Shown here: piece by piece, positions 9,902 through 20,480 of the stretch
Numbering within the stretch: the stretch's first letter is position 1
How the letters are laid out: each line of letters opens with the position of its first letter
Virus record (IMG/VR): IMGVR_UViG_3300033571_020726
Coordinates: 16,739-80,738 of that record
Source: a virus
Length of the DNA stretch: 64,000 bases
Reading direction: 5' to 3' (one strand)
Program-made: the position numbers and the translations under genes
Notes under the pieces: model-generated
Database searches by the model: none
Told to the model about the DNA's origin: nothing
What the model saw: the letters and a program-made list of their open reading frames with translations, nothing else

Positions 9902-10288
9902 ATGAGTAAAGATATTGATATTTTAACAAAAAAGCTTGATGATCAATCAAAAAAAGAAAACAAATTATCTAATTTTATTGAAATACTTGACGGTTTAACA
10001 AGTACAGAAGAAAAAAAGAAACTATTGTGGAAAGAAATATATGAAAACGCTATAGATGATAGAGAAAAAGCAAAAATATTATTTAATGATTGTTATCAAG
10101 TTATGGGTAATATCGATGTATCTGATCATATTAGCGTTGGACAAGTTATGTCAAAATATATTGAAAGAATGTCAAAATCGAATGATCAAATTTTAAAATT
10201 AGCTGAATTAATTGCACATGAGCAAGAAAAAGCTGAAGAAATTTCAGAGGATGAGTTGTTTTTAAAGATACAAAGCAGCGGTAGATAA
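9902..10288 (+). CDS. Hypothetical helical protein
   Basis: Intact ORF with AAGGT SD, coupled to neighbours. Confidence 0.6.
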   Translation: MSKDIDILTKKLDDQSKKENKLSNFIEILDGLTSTEEKKKLLWKEIYENAIDDREKAKILFNDCYQVMGNIDVSDHISVGQVMSKYIERMSKSNDQILKLAELIAHEQEKAEEISEDELFLKIQSSGR

Positions 10289-10289
10289 T

Positions 10290-12002
10290 ATGTTTAGAAG
10301 AGCTATTATATTAGATGTTATTACACACCCTAATAGTATTAATCAAATTATTGATAAATTAATAACACCCAATAAAGATATATCATTCCGAAATAAAAAA
10401 AAGGAATTAATAAAAGATTTACCTAGAAATTCAATAATAGCTATATTTTCAGGTACTAATGAAGCATTTGTAGCACTCCCGTTTTTTTCTTCTCATATGG
10501 GTTTACCTATTAAACCAAATGAAGAAGTGTGGATATATGAAGATTCTGCTTCTTCTAATGACAGAAGTGTAGAATTTTTTTGGATATCTAGAATTCATAA
10601 TGTAAATTTTATAGAAGACGTAAATTATACTCATCCTGATCGTAAATTTTTAAAAAATTATAATCAAGAATCAGGTCAAAATATTGGATTAAATGTTGTA
10701 GCACCTCCATTTAATAATGGGCCAATCAGAAGTATATATAATATTCAAAATGACATTACTTTATCTAAAATAGATAAAAAAAGTAAAATAAAATTTGATA
10801 TTACAGGAAATTGGTTAAAAGAAAGTATTCCTAGATTTACAAAAAATCCTGGCGATTATGTTATACAAGGTTCTAATAATACATTAATAAAATTAGGAAC
10901 AAATAATATTAGAAAATCATCAAATAATTTATTAGAAAAGTATGGTTCAACAAATGCTTTTTCTGGTATTGAATCTAATAGTGGAACAATTGATATAGTC
11001 GCAGGTAGATGCGGAATAACACATTCTTTACTAACTAATAAAGAATTGAAAAATTATATAAATTCAAACCAAAAAGAATATACAGGCTTATTATCAGTTG
11101 ATGTATTTAAAAATGCAATGTTTTCTATTTATAATGAAAATGGATATTTAGAAAATACAAAAGATAATCTATTTTATTTTGGATCAAATAACCAAAATTT
11201 AGCTGAAGGTGATGCTGATTTTTTTACTGATATTAGTCGTTTATATATTTCAGAAAAATGTAATGGTGATGAATTATTAAATTATTCTCAAATTTATTCT
11301 ATTGATATAGATGGAAAACAAAAAGTTGTAGATAAATCAAAAAAGAGAGGGTTTATCATTGGTAAATCTGATGAAATTAGACTTGTTGCAAGGAATCCAG
11401 TATTTAATAGGAATTATGAAAACACGTTAAGTAATGTTTTTTTAGAACCTGAGATTGCTGGTTCTATTAAATTAATTAAAGAAGGTAATGATGATTTAGC
11501 GTATATTACACTTGAACATGATGGCGTTATTTCAATTGATGGTCCTAAAATTGTAATTGGTGATAAAAAGCGTGAGCAAAATAACGGTTTAGGTAATAAT
11601 ATTTATTTAGGCAATGATGCAATTGAACCTGTGATATTAGGATTTCAATTAAAGGAACGTTTAGAAGCATTTATGGATCAAGTATCATTAGGGTTTTATA
11701 ATATAGGTAAAGCATTAGATGAATTAAGCAAACATCAACATCAATATGCAGGCCCAGCAGGTATTACATTATCACCACAACCTTCAGATATACGAGGCCC
11801 TTTGTTAAATATAACAATAAAGTCAACAATAGGGACAGCTGCAGGTCCTGAAGAAAATTTACTTGAAAGAACAAACGTAGATGGTGAACAAGAAAATAAT
11901 CGTAATTTTGAAGTAAATAATTTAGGTGAAATTTTGAATAATATTCAAACTTTAAAAACAGAATTAAATAAAATCTTAAGTACTCTTGTTAAAACAAATT
12001 AA
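10290..12002 (+). CDS. Baseplate hub/central spike protein (gp5/gpV-like)
   Basis: PIKPNEEVWI OB-fold-type motif, GDYVIQGSNNTLIKLG, C-terminal IYLGNDAIEPVILG...KHQH spike-like end; upstream of gp25/gp6. Confidence 0.55.
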   Translation: MFRRAIILDVITHPNSINQIIDKLITPNKDISFRNKKKELIKDLPRNSIIAIFSGTNEAFVALPFFSSHMGLPIKPNEEVWIYEDSASSNDRSVEFFWISRIHNVNFIEDVNYTHPDRKFLKNYNQESGQNIGLNVVAPPFNNGPIRSIYNIQNDITLSKIDKKSKIKFDITGNWLKESIPRFTKNPGDYVIQGSNNTLIKLGTNNIRKSSNNLLEKYGSTNAFSGIESNSGTIDIVAGRCGITHSLLTNKELKNYINSNQKEYTGLLSVDVFKNAMFSIYNENGYLENTKDNLFYFGSNNQNLAEGDADFFTDISRLYISEKCNGDELLNYSQIYSIDIDGKQKVVDKSKKRGFIIGKSDEIRLVARNPVFNRNYENTLSNVFLEPEIAGSIKLIKEGNDDLAYITLEHDGVISIDGPKIVIGDKKREQNNGLGNNIYLGNDAIEPVILGFQLKERLEAFMDQVSLGFYNIGKALDELSKHQHQYAGPAGITLSPQPSDIRGPLLNITIKSTIGTAAGPEENLLERTNVDGEQENNRNFEVNNLGEILNNIQTLKTELNKILSTLVKTN

Positions 12003-12016
12003 ATAGGTTATAAAAA

Positions 12017-12715
12017 ATGTCAAATCAAGAATATTCATTTAATGATAAAAACAAAATAATTGATGAAATAATAAAACCTTTTTTTTCTGATCAAAATTTC
12101 GCTACAAAAAACGAAAATGATTATTTGTTTATTGCTACTGACTGTATTAAACGTGTCGAAATTATTAAAAATCCTATTTTTCAAACATTTAATATTTCTT
12201 TTTCATTTTCTGCAGACGATCCATATGTTCAATCTAAAATAACATCATTTGAAAATAATGAACAGTCATTTTGTGATGTATTTAAGGCTGTAATATCAAA
12301 CTTTGATGAAACCCAAGGTTATTTTTCAAAAATATTAAGCATCGCAAGTTTAACTACAATAAATCAAAGTTTTTTCGATTTACAATCATTGAATAATGGT
12401 TTTTTAAATGATAATTTTTATAATAAAATAAAAGAAAAGTTATTAGAACAAAATAAAAAATTTGTGAAAAGTGACTTTGATTATTTGAATTCTTTATGCT
12501 TTTACTATATTTTAAAATTATTGACAGATTCTTTAAATATTCAAGTTACTCCACCTACAGGTACTCCTGTAATTTTGAATATTAATAAAAATGTGCCAAT
12601 TTTAGCGCCGATTCCTTTAGATATTGTTAAAGATGTTAAAGAATCTATTTTAATTGATTTTAATAATGACTTAAATGATTTTAAAACTGAAAATGAAAAA
12701 TTTAATAATTTTTAA
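12017..12715 (+). CDS. Hypothetical protein in baseplate block
   Basis: Intact ORF with AGGT SD. Confidence 0.55.
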   Translation: MSNQEYSFNDKNKIIDEIIKPFFSDQNFATKNENDYLFIATDCIKRVEIIKNPIFQTFNISFSFSADDPYVQSKITSFENNEQSFCDVFKAVISNFDETQGYFSKILSIASLTTINQSFFDLQSLNNGFLNDNFYNKIKEKLLEQNKKFVKSDFDYLNSLCFYYILKLLTDSLNIQVTPPTGTPVILNINKNVPILAPIPLDIVKDVKESILIDFNNDLNDFKTENEKFNNF

Positions 12716-12751
12716 TGCTATAATTAAAATTATAAGAATAGGTAAATATAA

Positions 12752-13255
12752 ATGTCTAATGAAACAAAAAACATTTTATATAAAAAAAATGGAAATAGCT
12801 TAAATAATTTATTTAAAAAAGCTGAATATGATAAAACTTTTATTAAACTTAAGCCTCTAGGAATTAAAACACCTTTAGAAATTTCTCCTGGCGATGATTT
12901 ATTTAAAATGCATTATGATTTTGATAAAGTAATAGAAGATAATTTAAAAAATTTAATAATGACTGAACCTGGTGAAAGATTGTGTTTTCCATCATTTGGT
13001 ACTGTTTTAAAAAATATATTATCTAGAACTGATATTGAAAATGTAGATGATTTATTAATGGAAGAAATCAAACGTGTTATTAATATATATTATCCTCCTC
13101 CTCTTATAAATTTAATATCTTTTGTTTCTTATAAAGATGAAGTAGAAAGTGATAAAAATAATATACCGATAATTGTATTAAAAATAAATTATTCTATGCC
13201 AATAGTTTCAAATGATATTAAAGAGATAATAATTAAATTAGGAATGAATAATTAA
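12752..13255 (+). CDS. gp25: Baseplate wedge protein, gp25-like
   Basis: NLKNLIMTEPGERLCFPSFGT signature. Confidence 0.85.
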   Translation: MSNETKNILYKKNGNSLNNLFKKAEYDKTFIKLKPLGIKTPLEISPGDDLFKMHYDFDKVIEDNLKNLIMTEPGERLCFPSFGTVLKNILSRTDIENVDDLLMEEIKRVINIYYPPPLINLISFVSYKDEVESDKNNIPIIVLKINYSMPIVSNDIKEIIIKLGMNN

Positions 13256-13266
13256 AGGAAAATATT

Positions 13267-15105
13267 ATGGCAGTAGATATACAAAACATTAATAAAAGTA
13301 TAAATGATGAAAAAAAATTAAATCGAAGTTATTTAACAAAAGGTTTTGAACAATTTCGAAATGAATTATTAAATTATGCAAAAAATTATTTTCCAGATAA
13401 AATAAATGATTTTTCAGAAGCTTCAGTCGGTGGTATGTTATTAGATTTTGCAGCAATAGTAGGTGATTCTTTGTCTTTTTATATGGATCATCAATATAAT
13501 GAATTAAATTATGATACTGCTGTTGAAAATGATAATATAATAAGGCATATGAAAAACGCAGGTATTAAATCAACACCTGCATCACCAGCAGTTGTTAAAA
13601 TATTATTTAAAGTTAGAGTTGATTATATAGACGGGCAAATAGATACGACGCAATTACCAAAAATATTAAAAAATTTAAAAATATCATCAATCAATAATAT
13701 TCCTTTTTATTTATTAGAAGATGTTGATTTTAATAAGGATTATATAATAGATAGAGTAAATGAAACGCAAGGATTTATAGTATTAAAAAAGTATGGATTA
13801 GCATTATCAGGTAGCAAAATTACTGAACGTTTTTCATTTGATAATACATATATACAATTTCCAAGAATATTTTTATCTAATAAAAATGTAACAATGATTG
13901 AAACTGTTATTGATTCAAATGATAATAAATATTATGAAGTTGAATTCTTGTCGCAAGATACAGTTTATAAATCAACGCATTTGGAAAAAAATAATAACAA
14001 ATATTATGAAGTGATACCTGCTCCATATAGATTTATAAAAGAAGATAATTTTGAAACAGGAGATGTTTCACTAAGATTTGGTTCAGGCGATGCGAATTCA
14101 ATCATGATGAAATCATTAATTCAGGATCCTACAAAAAGTGCATTATCTTTATATGGAAGGGATTATTTCCCTAAATTTAGTTTTGATCCTAGCGATTTAT
14201 TAAAAACAAATAGTCTAGGTATTGCCCCTAGAAATACTACTATATATGTCACATATATATATGGAGGTGGTATTGATCATAATATTCCTGCATATAATAT
14301 AAATAGAATCGATGATACATCGAATATATTATTTGCACAAGGCCTTGACGAGATTACAAGAGAAAATGTTATAAATTCAATTTTTGTAACTAATGATGAA
14401 CCTGCAATTGGTGGTAGAAATACATTAACATTTGATGAATTAAAATCACAAATACAAAATACAATTAAAATGCAAAATAGAATTGTTAATTATCAAGATT
14501 TATTGGCAAAAATACATTCAATGCCTGTTGCATTTGGTAAGGTTTCTAAAATAGCATTGCATGATGACAACAATAATATTTATTCAAAAAATATACATAT
14601 TTTATGTAAGGATAATAATTTAAAATTAGCATTGGCATCAGATAGTTTAAAATTAAATTTAATGAATTATTTAAATGAGTATAGATTAATTGGCGATAGT
14701 TTTAATATATTAGATGCAAAAATTTTTAATATAAGAATTAATGTAGATGTTAGAATCAATGCACAATTAAATATATCACCAGCGCAAGTAGAAAGAAATA
14801 TTAAAAACAATATTTCTTATTATTTAAATGATTTTGAAATAAATCAACCTATATCTTTAGATAACGTCTTTAATATTATATTAAACACATATGGAGTTGC
14901 TAATATAGTAACAGATAAAAGAAATTTAATTGTGCAAAAGACTGATATTGATTATGATCAATCGACAGGCACAACATACAAGTATTCAAACGAAATTATA
15001 AAAATACAAGATCAAATATATAAAGATTCATTATATCCGATTGAAGGAGGTATTTTTGAAATAAAATATCCTGAAATTGATATTATTGCTAGAGTTGTGA
15101 TTTAA
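13267..15105 (+). CDS. gp6: Baseplate wedge protein, gp6-like
   Basis: FRNELLNYAKNYFP...DFSEASVGGMLLD...VGDSLSFYMD...E; LRFGSG; PAIGG...QNRIV...D motifs; follows gp25. Confidence 0.85.
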   Translation: MAVDIQNINKSINDEKKLNRSYLTKGFEQFRNELLNYAKNYFPDKINDFSEASVGGMLLDFAAIVGDSLSFYMDHQYNELNYDTAVENDNIIRHMKNAGIKSTPASPAVVKILFKVRVDYIDGQIDTTQLPKILKNLKISSINNIPFYLLEDVDFNKDYIIDRVNETQGFIVLKKYGLALSGSKITERFSFDNTYIQFPRIFLSNKNVTMIETVIDSNDNKYYEVEFLSQDTVYKSTHLEKNNNKYYEVIPAPYRFIKEDNFETGDVSLRFGSGDANSIMMKSLIQDPTKSALSLYGRDYFPKFSFDPSDLLKTNSLGIAPRNTTIYVTYIYGGGIDHNIPAYNINRIDDTSNILFAQGLDEITRENVINSIFVTNDEPAIGGRNTLTFDELKSQIQNTIKMQNRIVNYQDLLAKIHSMPVAFGKVSKIALHDDNNNIYSKNIHILCKDNNLKLALASDSLKLNLMNYLNEYRLIGDSFNILDAKIFNIRINVDVRINAQLNISPAQVERNIKNNISYYLNDFEINQPISLDNVFNIILNTYGVANIVTDKRNLIVQKTDIDYDQSTGTTYKYSNEIIKIQDQIYKDSLYPIEGGIFEIKYPEIDIIARVVI

Positions 15106-15149
15106 TTCAGCCTAATTTATAATTAAATAAAAAAAGGCAAATTAATTTT

Positions 15150-17054
15150 ATGTACATTATTTATCCTATTGAAAAAGACACTTATATTACAAATAAATTA
15201 TTAAATGATACTGATGGTAGACATGCTAATTTTGGAAAAGCTTCAACATTAGATTTATTTAAAACATATAATGAAAATATTAATTTAAAATCGAAGTGTA
15301 TCTTGAGATTAAATGATAGTATTTTTCAAAGTTCAGAAGATATTATATTTGAAAATTATTCAAATTCTATAATTAATTTGTATATTGATATAGACACTCT
15401 ATTTACAGATAATATTAATGGAACATTACAAAACAATAAATGGGTAATATGTATAAATAGTTTAATTACAATTGATGAAATAAATGAACATATTAAAAAT
15501 ACAATTACAGATATTTCTTCAGTTATTGGTATAAATGCATATTTTTGTCATGATTTATTGATGTTTGAGCAAAAAGAAAAAGGTGAAAAAGGCGATAAAA
15601 TATTGGAATTACAAAACAATAGTAATTTTAGCATTGTAAGAAATTTTTCACGTGTAGAAGAATCTGTTTTATTATTAAAATCAGATTTAGAAAAAAATAA
15701 TGACTTTTTTTCATATGATATTGTAAAAGATAATATAAAAATTTATTTAGATTTACATGATATTACAACTTCATTAAGTAAACCTAAGGATTATAATATT
15801 GAAGTATTACCATTATCAAAAGATTTTAATGAAGGTTTAGGTAGAGATGTATATTCTTTAACTGATATTGATGCAGCAAATTGGATATATGCGAATTATA
15901 ATGGTAATACAAATGAAAAAATATCTTGGGAATCAGCAGGTGAAATAGGTTTAGTAGAAGGAATGGTTGCTGATTCATGTGATTTAATTTGGACTTATAA
16001 TGATTATGATTTTAAAGATTTATGTAATTTTTATGTAAAAAATGGTAATGAAAATATATTGGTTGATATTACAAGTATATATGAAAAATATTGGGAAGAT
16101 AATAGTACTTTAGAAAACAAAGGATTATGTGTAAAATTTGCTAATATTAATTTAAACGATGATGAAACATATTTCGCAAAAAGACTTGGATCAAAAAATG
16201 TTAGAAATAGACATTTAAAACCATCATTAAAAATTTTAATTGATGATAATACATACAATATCCCAATAAATAAACTTTTTTATTTTAATGAACAAAACAA
16301 AATATTTTTATATAATAAAAAAGGTGGAACATTAAAAAATATTCAAAAAATACAAAACGGTAATATTGTTGATATTAATCCAACGTCAGATTTATCATTA
16401 AATATAACTAGTATTGATAAAATTAATAATATCCCAATTTATTTTAATGAAGATATTCAATGTGATCAAATGACAGATATTAAAGGACAAAATTTAAAAG
16501 GTACATATTTTACAAATTGGAATATTTCATCATTAAACCAAAGTAATATATTAAATTTATTATTACAAAAAGAATATCTTGAATTTAAATTTGATTGGTA
16601 TAATAATGGTACATTAATATATTCAGATATACAAAAAGTATATAAAGATACGCTAAGTACAATAAATTCTTTTAAAAGATTAAGAGCTTCTGTTAAATTA
16701 TATTCTCCAGATTTAGGTGTTATGAATGATATACATAAAATTGCTGTTACTTTTTTTGATTTAGATGCACAATATGATTTTGTTAAGGTTAAAAGATCGT
16801 TACAAGGATTAGATATCGGAGATGTTTTTTATGAAGTAATTGATTATGATACAAATGAAGTATTAATACCTATGACTGAGGAAATGAATGCAACAAAATG
16901 TCTAAAAGAAAATGATTATTATTGGTTTCCATTTTTTAATTCAGATGTATTTTATGGTAGAAGAATTCAATTTATATTTAAATTGAAGCAACAAGAACAA
17001 AACAATTTGATTGTAAATGCTAATGAAGTATTTAGGGTAGGTAATAATGGGTAA
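15150..17054 (+). CDS. Putative baseplate/virion structural protein
   Basis: Long intact ORF in baseplate block; overlaps the next gene. Confidence 0.55.
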   Translation: MYIIYPIEKDTYITNKLLNDTDGRHANFGKASTLDLFKTYNENINLKSKCILRLNDSIFQSSEDIIFENYSNSIINLYIDIDTLFTDNINGTLQNNKWVICINSLITIDEINEHIKNTITDISSVIGINAYFCHDLLMFEQKEKGEKGDKILELQNNSNFSIVRNFSRVEESVLLLKSDLEKNNDFFSYDIVKDNIKIYLDLHDITTSLSKPKDYNIEVLPLSKDFNEGLGRDVYSLTDIDAANWIYANYNGNTNEKISWESAGEIGLVEGMVADSCDLIWTYNDYDFKDLCNFYVKNGNENILVDITSIYEKYWEDNSTLENKGLCVKFANINLNDDETYFAKRLGSKNVRNRHLKPSLKILIDDNTYNIPINKLFYFNEQNKIFLYNKKGGTLKNIQKIQNGNIVDINPTSDLSLNITSIDKINNIPIYFNEDIQCDQMTDIKGQNLKGTYFTNWNISSLNQSNILNLLLQKEYLEFKFDWYNNGTLIYSDIQKVYKDTLSTINSFKRLRASVKLYSPDLGVMNDIHKIAVTFFDLDAQYDFVKVKRSLQGLDIGDVFYEVIDYDTNEVLIPMTEEMNATKCLKENDYYWFPFFNSDVFYGRRIQFIFKLKQQEQNNLIVNANEVFRVGNNG

Positions 17055-20000
17055 ATTATTTAAACAAAAAGAATTGATTAATAAATATAAAATAAATGAA
17101 AATAAAAGAGTAAATAAAAGTAATGAAAATTCTAATTTATTAGATTTCGATAATTTAATATTAGATAAAAATCAATTTGAAAGATTTGATACATATTCAG
17201 GATTATTTAATACTCAACAATTATTAGGTGCAATAGACTTTTCAGAATTTAGAAATCATTGTTTTTTTGATTCCGCTGTTTCAAAAGTAGAGTATACTTT
17301 TAATAAAATATATGATGAATTCCCACTTGATGGATCATCAATTGAAGTTGATCAATATTTTAGAAGTTTCGATGGATTTGGAAAGTTTATATACAATCAA
17401 ATTGATAAAAATATAGGTTATTTAAAATTTAATAATAATGCACATATAGAAGTAACTAATAAAGCAGGTTATTTATTTTCTTTAAATAGAAATGATGATA
17501 TTATTTCAAAATTAACAAAACCAATTTTAAATCCAAAAAATAGCGAATTTTCAATTGATTTTAGAATATATTTACAAGACAATGTACAATATAACAATCA
17601 TCCTGTTTTTCAATATTTAGATAATAAAATTATAAATGGCGTTAATACACAGAATGGCTTTACTTTTTTTGTAAAAAATAATATTGCAAATTCATTAACA
17701 GAAGTTGTATTTATTTTAACCGATGGCGTAAATAATAAAAAGTTATATTCTTCTTTTCAAATATTAAGAAATACGTGGGAGCATATTTCATTATCTATTA
17801 ATAGTTCTCAAAATAAAAAAAATATAGTCGTGTATCTGAATGGCGTTGAGATACAATCATTACAAAAAGAATCAGACATTTTATCAAATTCTAGTTTAGA
17901 TATAAGTAATGATACAAAGTTTTATATTGGAAAAGCTATATCTAATCATATTATATCTAACAACAATAATTATAATTTTCAATTAAATAATAATAATGAA
18001 AAATTTATAGGGTTTTTAGATGAATTTAGATTTTATCATAAAAATTTGACAAGTGAAGAAATTATATTAAAAAAAGAAACAAACGAATTTGCAAATGATT
18101 TATTAAAACTGTATTTTAGATTTAATGAACCAGCAGGAACATATGGAAATAATTCAATTTGTTTTGATTATAGTGGAAATTCATTACATTCAAGAATAAT
18201 AGCAGATTCAGGCACTCTTATAACAAATTTGAGATATAATTATGAAAATGACTTAATTAAACCTTCTTTACGATTTGAAAACGATGATTTTAATCCTGTT
18301 TTATTTCCTTCTTTTACTAAAAATCGTAATTTAAATGAAACATATTTAAATAAAGCAAAAGAATGGGATATTTTTAATTCAAATTTAATATTTAAGTTAT
18401 TCCCAAGACATTATTTCGATGAAGGCGCTGCATTTGAAGGTTTAAGTGAATCATTTAATAATGAAGCTGCAAAAACATATTATATTACTGATACTGATCT
18501 TCCTGGTCAACAAAAAGTAGAAGCAATTCAAACTTTTGCAAATTTATTAATTATTTGGGCAAGATTTTTTGATGAAATTAAGCTTTATTTAGATATAATG
18601 CCAAAATTAATTGATATTGATTATGAAGATATAAATACAGCTGAATCTGTAGTGAATTTCTTTTTACCACTAATGACTAAAAAAAATGGATTTATATTTA
18701 AGGAATTATTGAATAATAATACTAATAAAATATTAGACGGATATGTAATAGGTGCTGATGGTGCTGATAAAAGTCAATATAATATGAGATATATTCAAAA
18801 CCAAATATGGAAAAGAATTCTTGTCAATTCAAAAGATATGATTATGTCTAAAGGTACAAAACAAGCTATTAAATCTATTTTTAATTCTGTAGGTATTAAT
18901 TATGATGAATATTATAAATTTAGAGAATATGGCAAAAGTTTAAATTCATTCATTGAAAAAAATTATATAAAAAAAAATAAAGATTTTAAAATAATAAATT
19001 TTAATAAAACAAATAAAAATTTAATTTTAAAAAGTAAATTAAACAATTTACCAAATAGTTTATTTAGCCAAAATTCTTATACATTCGAATTTTTTTTAAA
19101 TTATTTTAACGTTTTACAACAAAAATCTTTATCAGAAAGTATTTTTAAATTAGTAAATACAACAAAAAGTAATGAATTACTATTGGAACTTATTTTTGAA
19201 AAAAATGCTGAAAGTCTTTATGGCGATTTTATTTTATTTTTAAAAAATAATGATAATTCAATTACTGATTATCTTAAAATTGAAAATTTAAATATTTTTG
19301 ATAATAACTTGCAATTTAGTATTCATGTTGAAAATAAAGTTAATGAAATTGTTTTAAGTTTAGTTTGTCAAACATGCGAAAAAGATGTTGAATATTTTAA
19401 AAGTGATTATGTTTTTGCAAAATCTAATCAAATAAAACCTAAAATTTTTGAAATAGTTAATGATATATTGGAGATTAATATAGGAAATAATATATCATTT
19501 AGAAATATTTTTGAATTTAATGGAAATATATCAAATATAAAATTGTGGAATGTAAATTTATCAAAAAATGATATAAATATGCATGCGATGAATCAATTTT
19601 CAATAGCGAATGATCAGTATAAATTAAATAAAAATTTAAACAAAAATTTGTCTGAATTTTTATTACTACATTTATCATGTCAAGATGATGTATATCATAA
19701 AGAATTAAATGGAGAAAATATTAATTTAATAGACTTCAGTGAATTAACAACAACTGATTTATATGCTATTAATTATCCTCATAAATTAATTTGTAATAAT
19801 CCTATAATATCAATTGATAGAATTATAAATAAACAAATTGTAATATATGAAAATGATATTAAATTTGATGAACCTAATTTCGAAAATAAAGTAAAAGTAA
19901 TGAGTTTTAGTGATGTTGATTTGGCAGAAGAATATAACGTTGCTATTTCACCTGTTTATAATGTAGAATATATTAATCAACAAAAAAATGACGTCAGATT

Positions 20001-20430
20001 TTCAATAGAAATGTCAAATATAAAACATTTAAATGAGGATATAGCAAAATTATTTAATGACGTTTCATTTTTAAAAAATATTATATCAGACTTTTCAGTA
20101 ATGAATGATTCATATTATAATAATATTGAAAAATTTTCAGATTTTTATTTTAAGAGAATTAAAAGTGATAAAATTCAAATCACACCTTTATATGAAATGT
20201 ATCAAATATTAGATAATATATTAACAGATATGTTGTCTGATTTTATTTCAACACGCGTTAAGTTTAATAATAATATTTATGTAATTGAATCACATGCATT
20301 AGAAAGACATAAGTTTAATTACAAATTTATGGAAAGTCATATTTTAATGAAAGGTGATTATAGTATTGTTTCAAATACAAATACAAGAAAATCAAATAAT
20401 TATTTAAATTTAAGTGGAAGAAGATTTTAA
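17047..20430 (+). CDS. Large baseplate wedge protein with LamG-like domains (gp7/gpI-like segment)
   Basis: FSIDFRIY...WEHISLS...VYLNG...GFLDEFRFY...LYFRFNE...DYSGNSLH LamG motifs; SKGTKQAIKSIFNSVG resembles the wedge 'KGT..I' motif. Confidence 0.6.
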   Translation: MGKLFKQKELINKYKINENKRVNKSNENSNLLDFDNLILDKNQFERFDTYSGLFNTQQLLGAIDFSEFRNHCFFDSAVSKVEYTFNKIYDEFPLDGSSIEVDQYFRSFDGFGKFIYNQIDKNIGYLKFNNNAHIEVTNKAGYLFSLNRNDDIISKLTKPILNPKNSEFSIDFRIYLQDNVQYNNHPVFQYLDNKIINGVNTQNGFTFFVKNNIANSLTEVVFILTDGVNNKKLYSSFQILRNTWEHISLSINSSQNKKNIVVYLNGVEIQSLQKESDILSNSSLDISNDTKFYIGKAISNHIISNNNNYNFQLNNNNEKFIGFLDEFRFYHKNLTSEEIILKKETNEFANDLLKLYFRFNEPAGTYGNNSICFDYSGNSLHSRIIADSGTLITNLRYNYENDLIKPSLRFENDDFNPVLFPSFTKNRNLNETYLNKAKEWDIFNSNLIFKLFPRHYFDEGAAFEGLSESFNNEAAKTYYITDTDLPGQQKVEAIQTFANLLIIWARFFDEIKLYLDIMPKLIDIDYEDINTAESVVNFFLPLMTKKNGFIFKELLNNNTNKILDGYVIGADGADKSQYNMRYIQNQIWKRILVNSKDMIMSKGTKQAIKSIFNSVGINYDEYYKFREYGKSLNSFIEKNYIKKNKDFKIINFNKTNKNLILKSKLNNLPNSLFSQNSYTFEFFLNYFNVLQQKSLSESIFKLVNTTKSNELLLELIFEKNAESLYGDFILFLKNNDNSITDYLKIENLNIFDNNLQFSIHVENKVNEIVLSLVCQTCEKDVEYFKSDYVFAKSNQIKPKIFEIVNDILEINIGNNISFRNIFEFNGNISNIKLWNVNLSKNDINMHAMNQFSIANDQYKLNKNLNKNLSEFLLLHLSCQDDVYHKELNGENINLIDFSELTTTDLYAINYPHKLICNNPIISIDRIINKQIVIYENDIKFDEPNFENKVKVMSFSDVDLAEEYNVAISPVYNVEYINQQKNDVRFSIEMSNIKHLNEDIAKLFNDVSFLKNIISDFSVMNDSYYNNIEKFSDFYFKRIKSDKIQITPLYEMYQILDNILTDMLSDFISTRVKFNNNIYVIESHALERHKFNYKFMESHILMKGDYSIVSNTNTRKSNNYLNLSGRRF

Positions 20431-20432
20431 AT

Positions 20433-20479
20433 TAAATACCTTATATTTTTTTTTTATATTTATTTAAAAAAGGTATTTA
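20433..20479 (+). promoter_or_regulatory. Leader inverted repeat burying SD, TATTTA in loop
   Basis: TAAATACCTT (20433-42) / AAGGTATTTA (20470-79), perfect 10 bp. Confidence 0.5.
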
Positions 20480-20480
20480 C